Translations under genes and position numbers: made by a program
Part shown: in pieces, positions 1 through 11,215 of the stretch
Numbering within the stretch: the first letter of the stretch is position 1
How the letters are laid out: every line of letters begins with the position of its first letter
The notes under the pieces: model-generated
Database searches by the model: none
Seen by the model: only the letters and a program-made list of their open reading frames with translations
Told to the model about the DNA's origin: nothing
DNA from: Escherichia phage vB_EcoM_KAW1E185
Sequence record: NC_054922.1
Length of the DNA: 64,000 nt
Strand: one strand, 5' to 3'

Positions 1-1
1 A

Positions 2-223
2 GGTTATCATGACGATTTAGTAATGTCTTTAGTGATTTTTGGATGGTTATCAACGCAGTCAAAATTTATTGATTATGCGGATAAAGATGACATGCGATTA
101 GCATCTGAAGTATTTTCAAAAGAGCTTCAGGATATGAGCGACGACTACGCGCCAGTTATATTTGTGGATTCGGTTCATTCTGCTGAGTATGTTCCAGTAT
201 CTCATGGTATGTCAATGGTATAA
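2..223 (+). CDS. 17: terminase large subunit gp17, C-terminal fragment (5' partial, runs off window start)
   Basis: Open frame from window edge to TAA at 221-223, immediately upstream of gene 18 as in T4; identity rests on synteny. Confidence 0.6.
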   Translation, partial: GYHDDLVMSLVIFGWLSTQSKFIDYADKDDMRLASEVFSKELQDMSDDYAPVIFVDSVHSAEYVPVSHGMSMV

Positions 224-226
224 ATA
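219..226 (+). promoter_or_regulatory. T4-type late promoter TATAAATA for gene 18
   Basis: Exact TATAAATA about 30 nt upstream of gene 18 ATG, overlapping gene 17 stop. Confidence 0.6.
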
Positions 227-254
227 TATTAAAGCATATTAAAGAGGATTAAAA

Positions 255-2234
255 ATGACTTTATTATCTCCGGGCATTGAGCTCAAAGAAACTACGGTTC
301 AAAGCACCGTGGTTAATAACTCTACTGGTACAGCAGCTTTGGCCGGTAAATTCCAGTGGGGTCCTGCTTTTCAGATTAAACAGGTTACAAATGAAGTAGA
401 TTTAGTTAATACTTTTGGTCAACCAACCGCTGAAACTGCTGACTATTTTATGTCTGCGATGAATTTCTTACAGTACGGAAATGACTTACGAGTAGTTCGT
501 GCTGTTGATAGAGATACCGCTAAAAACTCATCTCCGATTGCTGGTAATATTGAATACACAATTTCTACCCCAGGTAGTAACTACGCGGTTGGAGATAAAA
601 TAACTGTCAAATATGTTTCAGATGATATTGAAACTGAAGGTAAAATTACCGAAGTAGACGCAGATGGAAAAATTAAGAAAATTAATATTCCTACTGCAAA
701 AATTATCGCTAAAGCGAAAGAAGTCGGTGAATATCCAGCACTAGGTTCTAACTGGACTGCAGAAATTTCTTCGTCTTCCTCTGGTTTAGCTGCAGTAATA
801 ACTCTTGGAAAAATTATTACTGATTCTGGTATTTTATTAGCTGAAATTGAAAATGCTGAAGCTGCTATGACAGCTGTTGACTTTCAAGCAAGTCTCGAAA
901 AATATGGAATTCCAGGAGTAGTAGCTCTTTATCCAGGCGAATTAGGCGATAAAATTGAAATTGAAATCGTATCTAAAGCTGACTACGCAAAAGGAGCTTC
1001 TGCATTACTCCCAATTTATCCGGGCGGTGGTACTCGTGCATCTACTGCTAAAGCAGTGTTTGGATATGGACCGCAAACTGATTCACAGTACGCTATTATA
1101 GTTCGTCGTAATGATGCTATTGTTCAAAGCGTTGTTCTTTCAACTAAGCGTGGTGAAAAAGATATTTACGATAGTAACATCTATATCGATGACTTTTTCG
1201 CAAAAGGCGGCTCAGAATATATTTTTGCAACTGCACAAAACTGGCCAGAAGGATTCTCTGGAATTTTAACTCTGTCTGGTGGATTATCATCAAATGCTGA
1301 AGTAACAGCAGGAGATTTGATGGAAGCTTGGGACTTCTTTGCTGACCGTGAATCTGTTGACGTTCAGCTGTTTATTGCGGGTTCTTGTGCCGGTGAATCT
1401 TTAGAAACAGCATCTACTGTCCAAAAACACGTCGTTTCAATTGGGGATGCTCGCCAAGATTGCTTAGTATTGTGCTCTCCTCCGCGTGAAACTGTAGTTG
1501 GAATTCCTGTAACTCGTGCTGTTGATAACTTAGTCAATTGGAGAACTGCAGCAGGTTCATACACTGATAATAACTTTAATATCAGTTCAACCTACGCAGC
1601 AATTGATGGCAACTACAAGTATCAGTATGACAAATATAATGATGTGAATCGTTGGGTTCCATTAGCAGCTGATATTGCTGGTTTATGCGCGAGAACTGAT
1701 AACGTTTCTCAGACTTGGATGTCTCCGGCTGGTTATAATCGTGGTCAGATTTTGAACGTTATTAAACTTGCTATTGAAACTCGCCAGGCGCAGCGCGACC
1801 GTTTATACCAAGAAGCTATCAACCCGGTAACCGGTACAGGTGGTGATGGTTACGTATTGTATGGTGATAAAACAGCTACTTCTGTTCCTTCTCCATTTGA
1901 TCGTATTAACGTTCGTCGTCTGTTTAATATGTTGAAAACGAATATCGGACGTAGTTCAAAATATCGTTTGTTCGAATTAAACAACGCGTTTACTCGTTCA
2001 TCGTTCCGCACAGAAACTTCCCAGTACTTGCAGGGAATTAAAGCTCTCGGTGGAATTTATGAATATCGTGTAGTTTGCGATACAACAAATAACACTCCGT
2101 CAGTAATTGATAGAAATGAGTTTGTTGCAACATTCTACATTCAACCGGCTAGAAGCATTAACTACATTACCTTAAACTTCGTAGCAACTGCTACTGGTGC
2201 AGATTTCGATGAGTTAACTGGTCTTGCGGGTTAA
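255..2234 (+). CDS. 18: tail sheath protein gp18
   Basis: 659 aa ORF, same length as T4 gp18; N-terminus MTLLSPGIELKETTVQST matches recalled T4 gp18; AGAGGA RBS. Confidence 0.95.
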   Translation: MTLLSPGIELKETTVQSTVVNNSTGTAALAGKFQWGPAFQIKQVTNEVDLVNTFGQPTAETADYFMSAMNFLQYGNDLRVVRAVDRDTAKNSSPIAGNIEYTISTPGSNYAVGDKITVKYVSDDIETEGKITEVDADGKIKKINIPTAKIIAKAKEVGEYPALGSNWTAEISSSSSGLAAVITLGKIITDSGILLAEIENAEAAMTAVDFQASLEKYGIPGVVALYPGELGDKIEIEIVSKADYAKGASALLPIYPGGGTRASTAKAVFGYGPQTDSQYAIIVRRNDAIVQSVVLSTKRGEKDIYDSNIYIDDFFAKGGSEYIFATAQNWPEGFSGILTLSGGLSSNAEVTAGDLMEAWDFFADRESVDVQLFIAGSCAGESLETASTVQKHVVSIGDARQDCLVLCSPPRETVVGIPVTRAVDNLVNWRTAAGSYTDNNFNISSTYAAIDGNYKYQYDKYNDVNRWVPLAADIAGLCARTDNVSQTWMSPAGYNRGQILNVIKLAIETRQAQRDRLYQEAINPVTGTGGDGYVLYGDKTATSVPSPFDRINVRRLFNMLKTNIGRSSKYRLFELNNAFTRSSFRTETSQYLQGIKALGGIYEYRVVCDTTNNTPSVIDRNEFVATFYIQPARSINYITLNFVATATGADFDELTGLAG

Positions 2235-2269
2235 TACGGTGCATTCTAAAGGCCTGTTTCGGCAGGCCA

Positions 2270-2277
2270 TATAAATA
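2270..2277 (+). promoter_or_regulatory. late promoter TATAAATA (distal, gene 19)
   Basis: Exact TATAAATA following hairpin GGCCTGTTTCGGCAGGCC (2251-2268). Confidence 0.5.
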
Positions 2278-2328
2278 CACTATATCCTTAATTCTTTAAT
2301 TCTATATGCCCTAGGTTAAACATAGGGA

Positions 2329-2336
2329 TATAAATA
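2329..2336 (+). promoter_or_regulatory. late promoter TATAAATA (proximal, gene 19)
   Basis: Exact TATAAATA 15 nt upstream of gene 19 ATG. Confidence 0.6.
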
Positions 2337-2350
2337 CTACAGAGGCTAAT

Positions 2351-2842
2351 ATGTTTGTAGATGATGTAACACGAGCGTTTGAATCTGGTGATTTTGCTCG
2401 ACCTAACTTATTCCAAGTAGAAATTTCTTATCTTGGACAAAATTTTACGTTCCAATGTAAAGCTACTGCTCTACCAGCTGGTATTGTAGAAAAAATTCCA
2501 GTCGGATTTATGAACCGTAAAATTAACGTAGCAGGTGATCGTACATTCGATGACTGGACTGTTACAGTAATGAACGATGAGGCACATGATGCTCGCCAGA
2601 AGTTCGTTGATTGGCAAAGCATTGCTGCGGGGCAAGGAAACGAAATTACTGGTGGAAAACCTGCAGAGTATAAAAAGAGCGCTATCGTTCGTCAATATGC
2701 TCGTGACGCTAAAACAGTAACAAAAGAAATTGAAATTAAAGGTCTATGGCCTACTAACGTGGGTGAACTTCAATTAGATTGGGATTCAAACAATGAAATC
2801 CAAACCTTTGAAGTAACTCTTGCTCTCGATTATTGGGAATAA
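2351..2842 (+). CDS. 19: tail tube protein gp19
   Basis: 163 aa ORF, T4 gp19 length; position after gene 18. Confidence 0.93.
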   Translation: MFVDDVTRAFESGDFARPNLFQVEISYLGQNFTFQCKATALPAGIVEKIPVGFMNRKINVAGDRTFDDWTVTVMNDEAHDARQKFVDWQSIAAGQGNEITGGKPAEYKKSAIVRQYARDAKTVTKEIEIKGLWPTNVGELQLDWDSNNEIQTFEVTLALDYWE

Positions 2843-2874
2843 AATGAATGGGGAGAAATCCCCATCCTGCTTAA

Positions 2875-4499
<1,625 letters not shown>

Positions 4500-4500
<1 letters not shown>

Positions 4501-4748
4501 TGGAAGGTTTAATTGAAGCTATTAAATCAAACGACCTCGTAGCCGCTCGTAAATTCTTTGCTGAAGCCATGGCTGCAAGAACGATTGATTTAATTAAAGA
4601 AGAAAAAATCGCTATCGCTCGTAATTTCTTAATCGAAGGTGAAGAACCCGATGATGAGGATGACGAAGACGAGGATGATGACGAAGATAGTGATGATAAA
4701 GACGACAAAAAAGACAAAGACTCTGACGAAGACGAGGATGATGAATAA
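4500..4748 (+). CDS. 67: prohead core protein gp67 (acidic C-terminal tail)
   Basis: 82 aa, start overlaps gp20 stop (TAATG); poly-Asp/Glu tail; T4 order 20-67-68-21. Confidence 0.85.
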
Positions 4749-5173
4749 TGCTTCTGATCCCTGAAACTCATGAATTAGTTCTCGAGAATGTCGAAGCACT
4801 TATTCCTGAAGCACAGGGTCGCTTTGACGAATTGTCTTCTGCTTTAAATAAAGACGATATAAATACAATTATCGAGAATATGCTTGATGATGAAACTGAT
4901 TTAGCAATTGCATTAGCTTCTATTAATGAAGATATGCCGCTAAATGAATTCATCGTTAAACATGTTTCTGCTCGTGGTGAAATTACACGTACTAAAGACC
5001 GCAAGACGCGTGAACGTAATGCATTTCAAACCACCGGGCTGTCTAAAGCAAAACGTAGACAAATTGCTCGCAAAGCTACCAAAACGAAGATTGCCAATCC
5101 AGCAGGTCAATCTCGTGCTCAGCGTAAGCGTAAAAAAGCTCTTAAACGCCGTAAAGCATTAGGATTAAGCTAA
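4748..5173 (+). CDS. 68: prohead core protein gp68
   Basis: 141 aa, translationally coupled between 67 and 21. Confidence 0.85.
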   Translation: MLLIPETHELVLENVEALIPEAQGRFDELSSALNKDDINTIIENMLDDETDLAIALASINEDMPLNEFIVKHVSARGEITRTKDRKTRERNAFQTTGLSKAKRRQIARKATKTKIANPAGQSRAQRKRKKALKRRKALGLS

Positions 5174-5811
5174 TGAATGAACCCCAATTACTAATTGAAA
5201 CTTGGGGTCAACCTGGCGAAATTATTGATGGTGTGCCAATGCTTGAATCCCACGATGGAAAAGACTTAGGTTTAAAACCTGGTTTATACATCGAAGGAAT
5301 ATTCATGCAAGCGGAAGTCGTCAATAGAAATAAACGTCTTTATCCAAAACGCATATTAGAAAAAGCGGTAAAAGACTATATCAATGAGCAAGTTTTAACT
5401 AAACAAGCTCTCGGAGAATTAAATCATCCTCCACGCGCTAATGTTGACCCGATGCAAGCCGCTATCATTATAGAAGATATGTGGTGGAAAGGAAATGACG
5501 TATACGGACGAGCTCGTGTTATTGAAGGTGACCATGGTCCTGGAGATAAATTAGCAGCTAATATTCGTGCCGGATGGATTCCAGGAGTTTCTTCTCGTGG
5601 ATTAGGTTCATTGACTGACACAAATAAAGGTTATCGTATCGTAAACGAAGGATTCAAATTAACTGTAGGTGTTGATGCAGTATGGGGTCCAAGTGCTCCA
5701 GATGCATGGGTAACTCCTAAGGAAATTACCGAATCACAGACGGCGGAAGCCGATACAAGTGCCGATGACGCCTATATGGCTCTCGCAGAGGCCATGAAAA
5801 AAGCGTTATAA
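5173..5811 (+). CDS. 21: prohead core scaffold protein and protease gp21
   Basis: 212 aa, T4 gp21 length and position. Confidence 0.92.
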   Translation: MNEPQLLIETWGQPGEIIDGVPMLESHDGKDLGLKPGLYIEGIFMQAEVVNRNKRLYPKRILEKAVKDYINEQVLTKQALGELNHPPRANVDPMQAAIIIEDMWWKGNDVYGRARVIEGDHGPGDKLAANIRAGWIPGVSSRGLGSLTDTNKGYRIVNEGFKLTVGVDAVWGPSAPDAWVTPKEITESQTAEADTSADDAYMALAEAMKKAL

Positions 5812-5814
5812 ATA
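5807..5814 (+). promoter_or_regulatory. late promoter TATAAATA for gene 22
   Basis: Exact TATAAATA overlapping gene 21 stop, about 28 nt upstream of gene 22 ATG. Confidence 0.55.
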
Positions 5815-5841
5815 TTATTATCTAAACAACAGGACTACAAA

Positions 5842-6651
5842 ATGCTTAAAGAACAACTGATTGCTGAAGCGCAAAAAATTGATGCTTCCGTTGCTCTTGA
5901 TAGTATTTTCGAATCAGTTAATATTTCTCCGGAAGCAAAAGAAACTTTCGGCACTGTATTCGAAGCTACCGTCAAGCAGCACGCCGTTAAATTAGCTGAA
6001 TCTCATATCGCTAAAATTGCTGAAAAAGCAGAAGAAGAAGTAGAAAAAAATAAAGAAGAAGCCGAAGAAAAAGCTGAGAAGAAAATCGCTGAGCAAGCTT
6101 CTAAATTCATCGACCATCTTGCGAAAGAATGGCTCGCTGAAAATAAATTAGCAGTTGATAAAGGCATCAAAGCCGAACTGTTTGAATCCATGCTTGGTGG
6201 ATTAAAAGAGCTCTTTGTTGAACACAACGTTGTTGTTCCAGAAGAATCAGTTGATGTTGTAGCTGAAATGGAAGAAGAGCTGCAAGAACATAAAGAAGAA
6301 TCAGCTCGTCTGTTCGAAGAACTCAATAAGCGTGACGCATATATCAATTATGTGCAGCGTGAAGTGGCATTGAGCGAAAGTACTAAAGATCTGACTGAGT
6401 CTCAAAAAGAAAAAGTCTCTGCTCTGGTCGAAGGTATGGATTATTCAGATGAATTCTCAAGTAAATTGAGTGCCATCGTAGAAATGGTGAAGAAGTCTAA
6501 TAAAGATGAAAGCACTATTACTGAGGGTATAAATACTCCTGATACTGAAGCAGCCGGACTGAATTTCGTCACTGAAGCTGTAGAAGATAAAGCTGCACCT
6601 GGTGCAGAAGATATTGTAAGTGTATATGCGAAAGTCGCATCTCGTTTCTAA
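5842..6651 (+). CDS. 22: prohead core scaffold protein gp22
   Basis: 269 aa, Glu/Lys-rich coiled-coil composition, T4 gp22 length and position. Confidence 0.9.
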   Translation: MLKEQLIAEAQKIDASVALDSIFESVNISPEAKETFGTVFEATVKQHAVKLAESHIAKIAEKAEEEVEKNKEEAEEKAEKKIAEQASKFIDHLAKEWLAENKLAVDKGIKAELFESMLGGLKELFVEHNVVVPEESVDVVAEMEEELQEHKEESARLFEELNKRDAYINYVQREVALSESTKDLTESQKEKVSALVEGMDYSDEFSSKLSAIVEMVKKSNKDESTITEGINTPDTEAAGLNFVTEAVEDKAAPGAEDIVSVYAKVASRF

Positions 6652-6669
6652 TTTTAAAGGTTAACACAA

Positions 6670-8235
6670 ATGACTATCAAAACTAAAGCTGAACTTTTGA
6701 ACAAATGGAAACCATTACTGGAAGGTGAAGGTTTACCGGAAATTGCTAATAGCAAACAAGCGATTATCGCTAAAATCTTTGAAAACCAGGAAAAAGATTT
6801 CCAGACAGCTCCAGAGTACAAAGACGAAAAAATCGCTCAGGCGTTCGGTTCTTTCTTAACAGAAGCTGAAATCGGTGGTGACCACGGTTACAACGCTACT
6901 AACATCGCTGCTGGTCAGACTTCTGGCGCAGTAACTCAGATTGGCCCAGCTGTTATGGGTATGGTACGTCGTGCTATTCCTAACCTGATTGCTTTCGATA
7001 TTTGCGGTGTTCAGCCGATGAACAGCCCGACTGGCCAGGTATTCGCACTGCGCGCAGTATATGGTAAAGACCCAATCGCTGCCGGTGCTAAAGAAGCATT
7101 CCACCCAATGTATGGTCCAGATGCAATGTTCTCTGGTCAGGGTGCTGCTAAGAAATTCACAGCTCTGGCTGCTAGCACACAAACCACAGTAGGTGATATC
7201 TATACTCACTTCTTCCAGGACACTGGTACTGTGTATCTGCAGGCTTCTGCTCAAGTAACAATTAGTTCTACTGCAGATGATGCAGCTAAATTAGATGCTG
7301 AAATTAAGAAACAAATGGAAGCTGGTGCACTGGTAGAAATCGCTGAAGGTATGGCTACTTCTATCGCTGAACTTCAGGAAAGTTTCAACGGTTCTACCGA
7401 TAACCCATGGAATGAAATGGGCTTCCGTATCGATAAACAAGTTATCGAAGCTAAATCTCGTCAGCTGAAAGCTGCTTACTCTATCGAATTAGCACAAGAC
7501 CTCCGCGCTGTTCACGGTATGGATGCTGATGCTGAACTGTCTGGTATTCTGGCTACCGAAATCATGCTGGAAATCAACCGCGAAGTTGTTGATTGGATTA
7601 ACTACTCAGCTCAGGTTGGTAAATCTGGTATGACCCTGACTCCGGGTTCTAAAGCTGGTGTATTTGACTTCCAGGATCCGATTGATATTCGTGGTGCTCG
7701 CTGGGCGGGTGAATCCTTTAAAGCTCTGTTGTTCCAGATTGACAAAGAAGCAGTTGAAATTGCTCGTCAGACCGGTCGCGGTGAAGGTAACTTCATTATC
7801 GCTTCCCGTAACGTAGTTAACGTTCTGGCTTCAGTTGATACTGGCATTTCTTATGCTGCACAGGGTCTGGCTACCGGCTTTAACACTGATACTACCAAGT
7901 CAGTATTTGCTGGTGTTCTGGGTGGTAAATACCGTGTATATATCGACCAGTATGCTAAACAGGATTATTTCACTGTAGGTTATAAAGGTCCGAACGAAAT
8001 GGATGCTGGTATTTACTATGCTCCATATGTAGCTCTGACTCCGCTGCGTGGTTCCGATCCGAAGAACTTCCAACCAGTAATGGGATTCAAAACTCGTTAC
8101 GGTATCGGTATCAACCCATTTGCAGAATCCGCTGCTCAGGCTCCGGCTTCTCGCATCCAGAGCGGTATGCCTTCTATTCTGAATAGCCTTGGTAAAAACG
8201 CTTACTTCCGCCGTGTATATGTTAAAGGTATCTAA
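6670..8235 (+). CDS. 23: major capsid protein gp23
   Basis: 521 aa, T4 gp23 length; N-terminus MTIKTKAELLNKWKPLLEGEG matches recalled gp23. Confidence 0.97.
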   Translation: MTIKTKAELLNKWKPLLEGEGLPEIANSKQAIIAKIFENQEKDFQTAPEYKDEKIAQAFGSFLTEAEIGGDHGYNATNIAAGQTSGAVTQIGPAVMGMVRRAIPNLIAFDICGVQPMNSPTGQVFALRAVYGKDPIAAGAKEAFHPMYGPDAMFSGQGAAKKFTALAASTQTTVGDIYTHFFQDTGTVYLQASAQVTISSTADDAAKLDAEIKKQMEAGALVEIAEGMATSIAELQESFNGSTDNPWNEMGFRIDKQVIEAKSRQLKAAYSIELAQDLRAVHGMDADAELSGILATEIMLEINREVVDWINYSAQVGKSGMTLTPGSKAGVFDFQDPIDIRGARWAGESFKALLFQIDKEAVEIARQTGRGEGNFIIASRNVVNVLASVDTGISYAAQGLATGFNTDTTKSVFAGVLGGKYRVYIDQYAKQDYFTVGYKGPNEMDAGIYYAPYVALTPLRGSDPKNFQPVMGFKTRYGIGINPFAESAAQAPASRIQSGMPSILNSLGKNAYFRRVYVKGI

Positions 8236-8250
8236 TCTTTGACGATTTAA

Positions 8251-8280
8251 GGGACCTTCGGGTCCCTTTAGTTGTTTTTA
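8251..8280 (+). terminator. rho-independent terminator after gene 23
   Basis: Hairpin GGGACCTTCGGGTCCC followed by T-rich tract. Confidence 0.7.
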
Positions 8281-8283
8281 TGG

Positions 8284-8291
8284 TATAAATA
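8284..8291 (+). promoter_or_regulatory. late promoter TATAAATA for gene 24
   Basis: Exact TATAAATA about 28 nt upstream of gene 24 ATG. Confidence 0.6.
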
Positions 8292-8318
8292 AATCATATA
8301 AACCAAAAGGAAAGCGCA

Positions 8319-9602
8319 ATGGCTAAAATCAACGAACTTCTGCGCGAATCAACCACAACGAATAGCAACTCAATCGGTCGCCCAAATCTCGTTGCTTTGA
8401 CTCGCGCTACCACTAAATTAATATATTCTGACATTGTAGCAACGCAAAGAACTAATCAACCTGTTGCTGCTTTTTATGGTATCAAATACCTTAATCCAGA
8501 TAACGAATTTACATTTAAAACTGGTGCTACTTACGCTGGCGAAGCTGGATACGTAGACCGAGAACAAATCACAGAATTAACAGAAGAGTCTAAATTAACT
8601 CTCAATAAAGGCGATTTATTCAAATATAATAATATCGTTTATAAAGTATTAGAAGATACACCATTTGCTGATATTGAAGAAAGCGATTTAGAATTAGCTC
8701 TTCAGATTGCAATTGTTCTTTTAAAGGTTCGTTTATTTTCTGATGCTGCAGTAACAAGCAAATTTGAAAGCTCTGATAGTGAAATTGCGGATGCTAGATT
8801 CCAGATTAATAAATGGCAAACCGCAGTTAAATCTCGTAAACTTAAAACTGGCATTACGGTTGAATTAGCACAAGATTTAGAAGCAAATGGATTCGATGCT
8901 CCTAATTTCTTGGAAGATTTGCTTGCAACTGAAATGGCAGATGAAATCAATAAAGATATTCTGCAATCTTTGATTACAGTATCAAAACGCTATAAAGTTA
9001 CAGGAATTACTGATACTGGATTCATTGATTTGAGTTATGCATCTGCACCTGAAGCTGGTCGTTCATTATACCGAATGGTATGTGAAATGGTTTCGCATAT
9101 CCAAAAAGAATCAACTTATACTGCAACGTTCTGTGTTGCTTCAGCTCGTGCCGCTGCGATTCTTGCTGCATCAGGTTGGTTAAAACATAAACCAGAAGAT
9201 GACAAATATCTTTCACAAAATGCCTATGGGTTCTTAGCTAATGGTTTACCGCTTTATTGCGATACTAACAGCCCATTAGATTATGTAATCGTTGGCGTAG
9301 TAGAAAATATTGGCGAAAAAGAAATTGTTGGATCAATTTTCTATGCTCCGTATACAGAAGGTCTTGACTTAGATGACCCTGAACATGTAGGTGCATTTAA
9401 AGTTGTAGTTGATCCAGAAAGTTTGCAGCCATCTATCGGTTTATTGGTTAGATATGCTTTATCTGCAAATCCTTACACTGTAGCAAAAGATGAAAAAGAA
9501 GCAAGAATAATTGATGGTGGAGACATGGATAAAATGGCGGGTCGTTCAGATTTGTCTGTTTTATTAGGTGTTAAATTACCAAAAATTATCGTTGATGAAT
9601 AA
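8319..9602 (+). CDS. 24: capsid vertex protein gp24
   Basis: 427 aa, T4 gp24 length; gp23-like fold expected; follows gene 23. Confidence 0.93.
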   Translation: MAKINELLRESTTTNSNSIGRPNLVALTRATTKLIYSDIVATQRTNQPVAAFYGIKYLNPDNEFTFKTGATYAGEAGYVDREQITELTEESKLTLNKGDLFKYNNIVYKVLEDTPFADIEESDLELALQIAIVLLKVRLFSDAAVTSKFESSDSEIADARFQINKWQTAVKSRKLKTGITVELAQDLEANGFDAPNFLEDLLATEMADEINKDILQSLITVSKRYKVTGITDTGFIDLSYASAPEAGRSLYRMVCEMVSHIQKESTYTATFCVASARAAAILAASGWLKHKPEDDKYLSQNAYGFLANGLPLYCDTNSPLDYVIVGVVENIGEKEIVGSIFYAPYTEGLDLDDPEHVGAFKVVVDPESLQPSIGLLVRYALSANPYTVAKDEKEARIIDGGDMDKMAGRSDLSVLLGVKLPKIIVDE

Positions 9603-9608
9603 AACAAA

Positions 9609-9632
9609 GGGACCGAAAGGTCCCTTTTTATT
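9609..9632. terminator. bidirectional terminator between convergent 24 and rnlB
   Basis: Hairpin GGGACCGAAAGGTCCC flanked by A-run and T-run. Confidence 0.7.
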
Positions 9633-10636
9633 TAACTTACCAGTTCAATCCAAGCCGGACGAAGTACATCTTGTACCATTTTAACTAATTCCTTTTTAAT
9701 CAAAGAAGGATTATCCGCTTGAGTTAAAGTAATACCTTCACGAGAAGTTTCTTCCAAAATATCTTGAACAGTTAGTCCCATCACCTTTCCAAAATCCTTT
9801 GGACCAATTTCGCCAATTTTAGAAATAACGTTATTTACTCGGTTCAGTGTAACGTAACAAGCTAAAATTCCAACCAATTTGTTATCAGCTTCTGACAGTT
9901 CAACTTTAGCTTTAATAGGCTTATCAGACTTTTTCTTTTCACTAAATTTAGAGTTCTTGCATTTGATGGCTACGCGATTGCCATTAGGCATCCAAGAAGG
10001 ATAACAAGGTTTCAATACATATCCTTCAGCAGTAAATACTTCGCCTTTTGCTTCAGCATTCCAAACGCATTTATTTGCATCGACTAATCCAGCATGGTCT
10101 ACTGTAAAATTATAATCTTGGACGACAGAATCTAAATCATTTGGCAATTTAATAAGCTCTTCAAATTTACCGCGACCTAAAAGTGGAGCCATTTTAAATT
10201 TAAATGTATTGCAGAATGATTCCATCATATAATCGTCGACATAAGTCACATCGCCACTTTCTGTAGTGACAATAATGTCAAATACATAAAAATCTTTATC
10301 ACCATAATCGACATTCTTCTGAATGCCAGGTCCAGCGAATTCGCCAAAGACTTGATAAGATACAACCGCTGAGGTTTCCATAATATCTTGTACTGCTTTA
10401 ATGGAATCAGCGTAATTCTTTAGAATAATTTCATACCCAAAGAAATCTTCAGCAGGAAGAATCGGTCCAGTACGTTTAGCGCAAGTTACTTTATCACGCT
10501 CAATAATCAATGAGAAATTTGTGCCGTGAATCTTTTCACGAGCTACCCATTCGCCGCCAGTCAATCCCAAGCTATAAAGTTTTTCAATAAATTTAGAGTT
10601 GTAATGATTTTCAAGACTGCTATACTTTTTAAACAT
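9632..10636 (-). CDS. rnlB: RNA ligase 2 (RnlB)
   Basis: 334 aa; [24 protein letters not shown] and KIHGTNFS ligase motif match recalled T4 Rnl2. Confidence 0.93.
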   Translation of the reverse strand: MFKKYSSLENHYNSKFIEKLYSLGLTGGEWVAREKIHGTNFSLIIERDKVTCAKRTGPILPAEDFFGYEIILKNYADSIKAVQDIMETSAVVSYQVFGEFAGPGIQKNVDYGDKDFYVFDIIVTTESGDVTYVDDYMMESFCNTFKFKMAPLLGRGKFEELIKLPNDLDSVVQDYNFTVDHAGLVDANKCVWNAEAKGEVFTAEGYVLKPCYPSWMPNGNRVAIKCKNSKFSEKKKSDKPIKAKVELSEADNKLVGILACYVTLNRVNNVISKIGEIGPKDFGKVMGLTVQDILEETSREGITLTQADNPSLIKKELVKMVQDVLRPAWIELVS

Positions 10637-10645
10637 AATTAATCC

Positions 10646-10924
10646 TCAAAATGTAATTTCTAACCAATCACCATCACGCTGATCACTATTAACTTTAAAG
10701 CTGAATCCTTCTTTTCTCAGCCAATCACCAATTTCTTCAGTAATCAATTTATCACGAGCAATACAATAATAATTAAAATGTGTTTTACCCTGTTCAGCTG
10801 CTTTATTAGCAAGTTCCGAAAAATCTTTAATAAAACACTCTAGCTTAAACTGTTTACTTTTGAATGCTTTTTCGCGTAATTGATTAGCAAAAGATTCATT
10901 TTCATAAAGATCATACTGTTCCAT
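10646..10924 (-). CDS. hypothetical protein, T4 24.2-like
   Basis: 92 aa ORF downstream of rnlB-hoc block; assignment by position. Confidence 0.6.
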   Translation of the reverse strand: MEQYDLYENESFANQLREKAFKSKQFKLECFIKDFSELANKAAEQGKTHFNYYCIARDKLITEEIGDWLRKEGFSFKVNSDQRDGDWLEITF

Positions 10925-11126
10925 TTTTCACCTTTTTATTGATATGTCTTTTTCTATAGACAACTTTTTCTCGAGTTTCAAATTTATTCTTAGCAGTCAT
11001 AGCTCGAGCCCATAATACAGCCACTTCTTTTGCCTGTAAGTTTAATTCACGAGCAATTTCAATGAATGACTTTCCAGACTCATGAAGAGTAAACACCACA
11101 ACCTCAGTTCTCATAATCAATCTCAT
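10911..11126 (-). CDS. hypothetical protein, T4 24.3-like
   Basis: 71 aa ORF; assignment by position. Confidence 0.55.
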   Translation of the reverse strand: MRLIMRTEVVVFTLHESGKSFIEIARELNLQAKEVAVLWARAMTAKNKFETREKVVYRKRHINKKVKNGTV

Positions 11127-11179
11127 GTTATCGAGTTGGTGCCATTATATACATCATTTTCTGATTGTGTTTTGTGTGC

Positions 11180-11210
11180 TTTCAAAATGAAGAAAGGGGC
11201 CGAAGCCCCT
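11180..11210 (-). terminator. terminator after hoc
   Basis: Hairpin AGGGGCTTCGGCCCCT on minus strand followed by T-rich tract. Confidence 0.5.
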
Positions 11211-11215
11211 TATGA

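Noticed and set aside
6003-6347. 114-aa minus-strand ORF inside gene 22
   Set aside because: Antisense shadow of the Glu/Lys-rich gp22 coding region.
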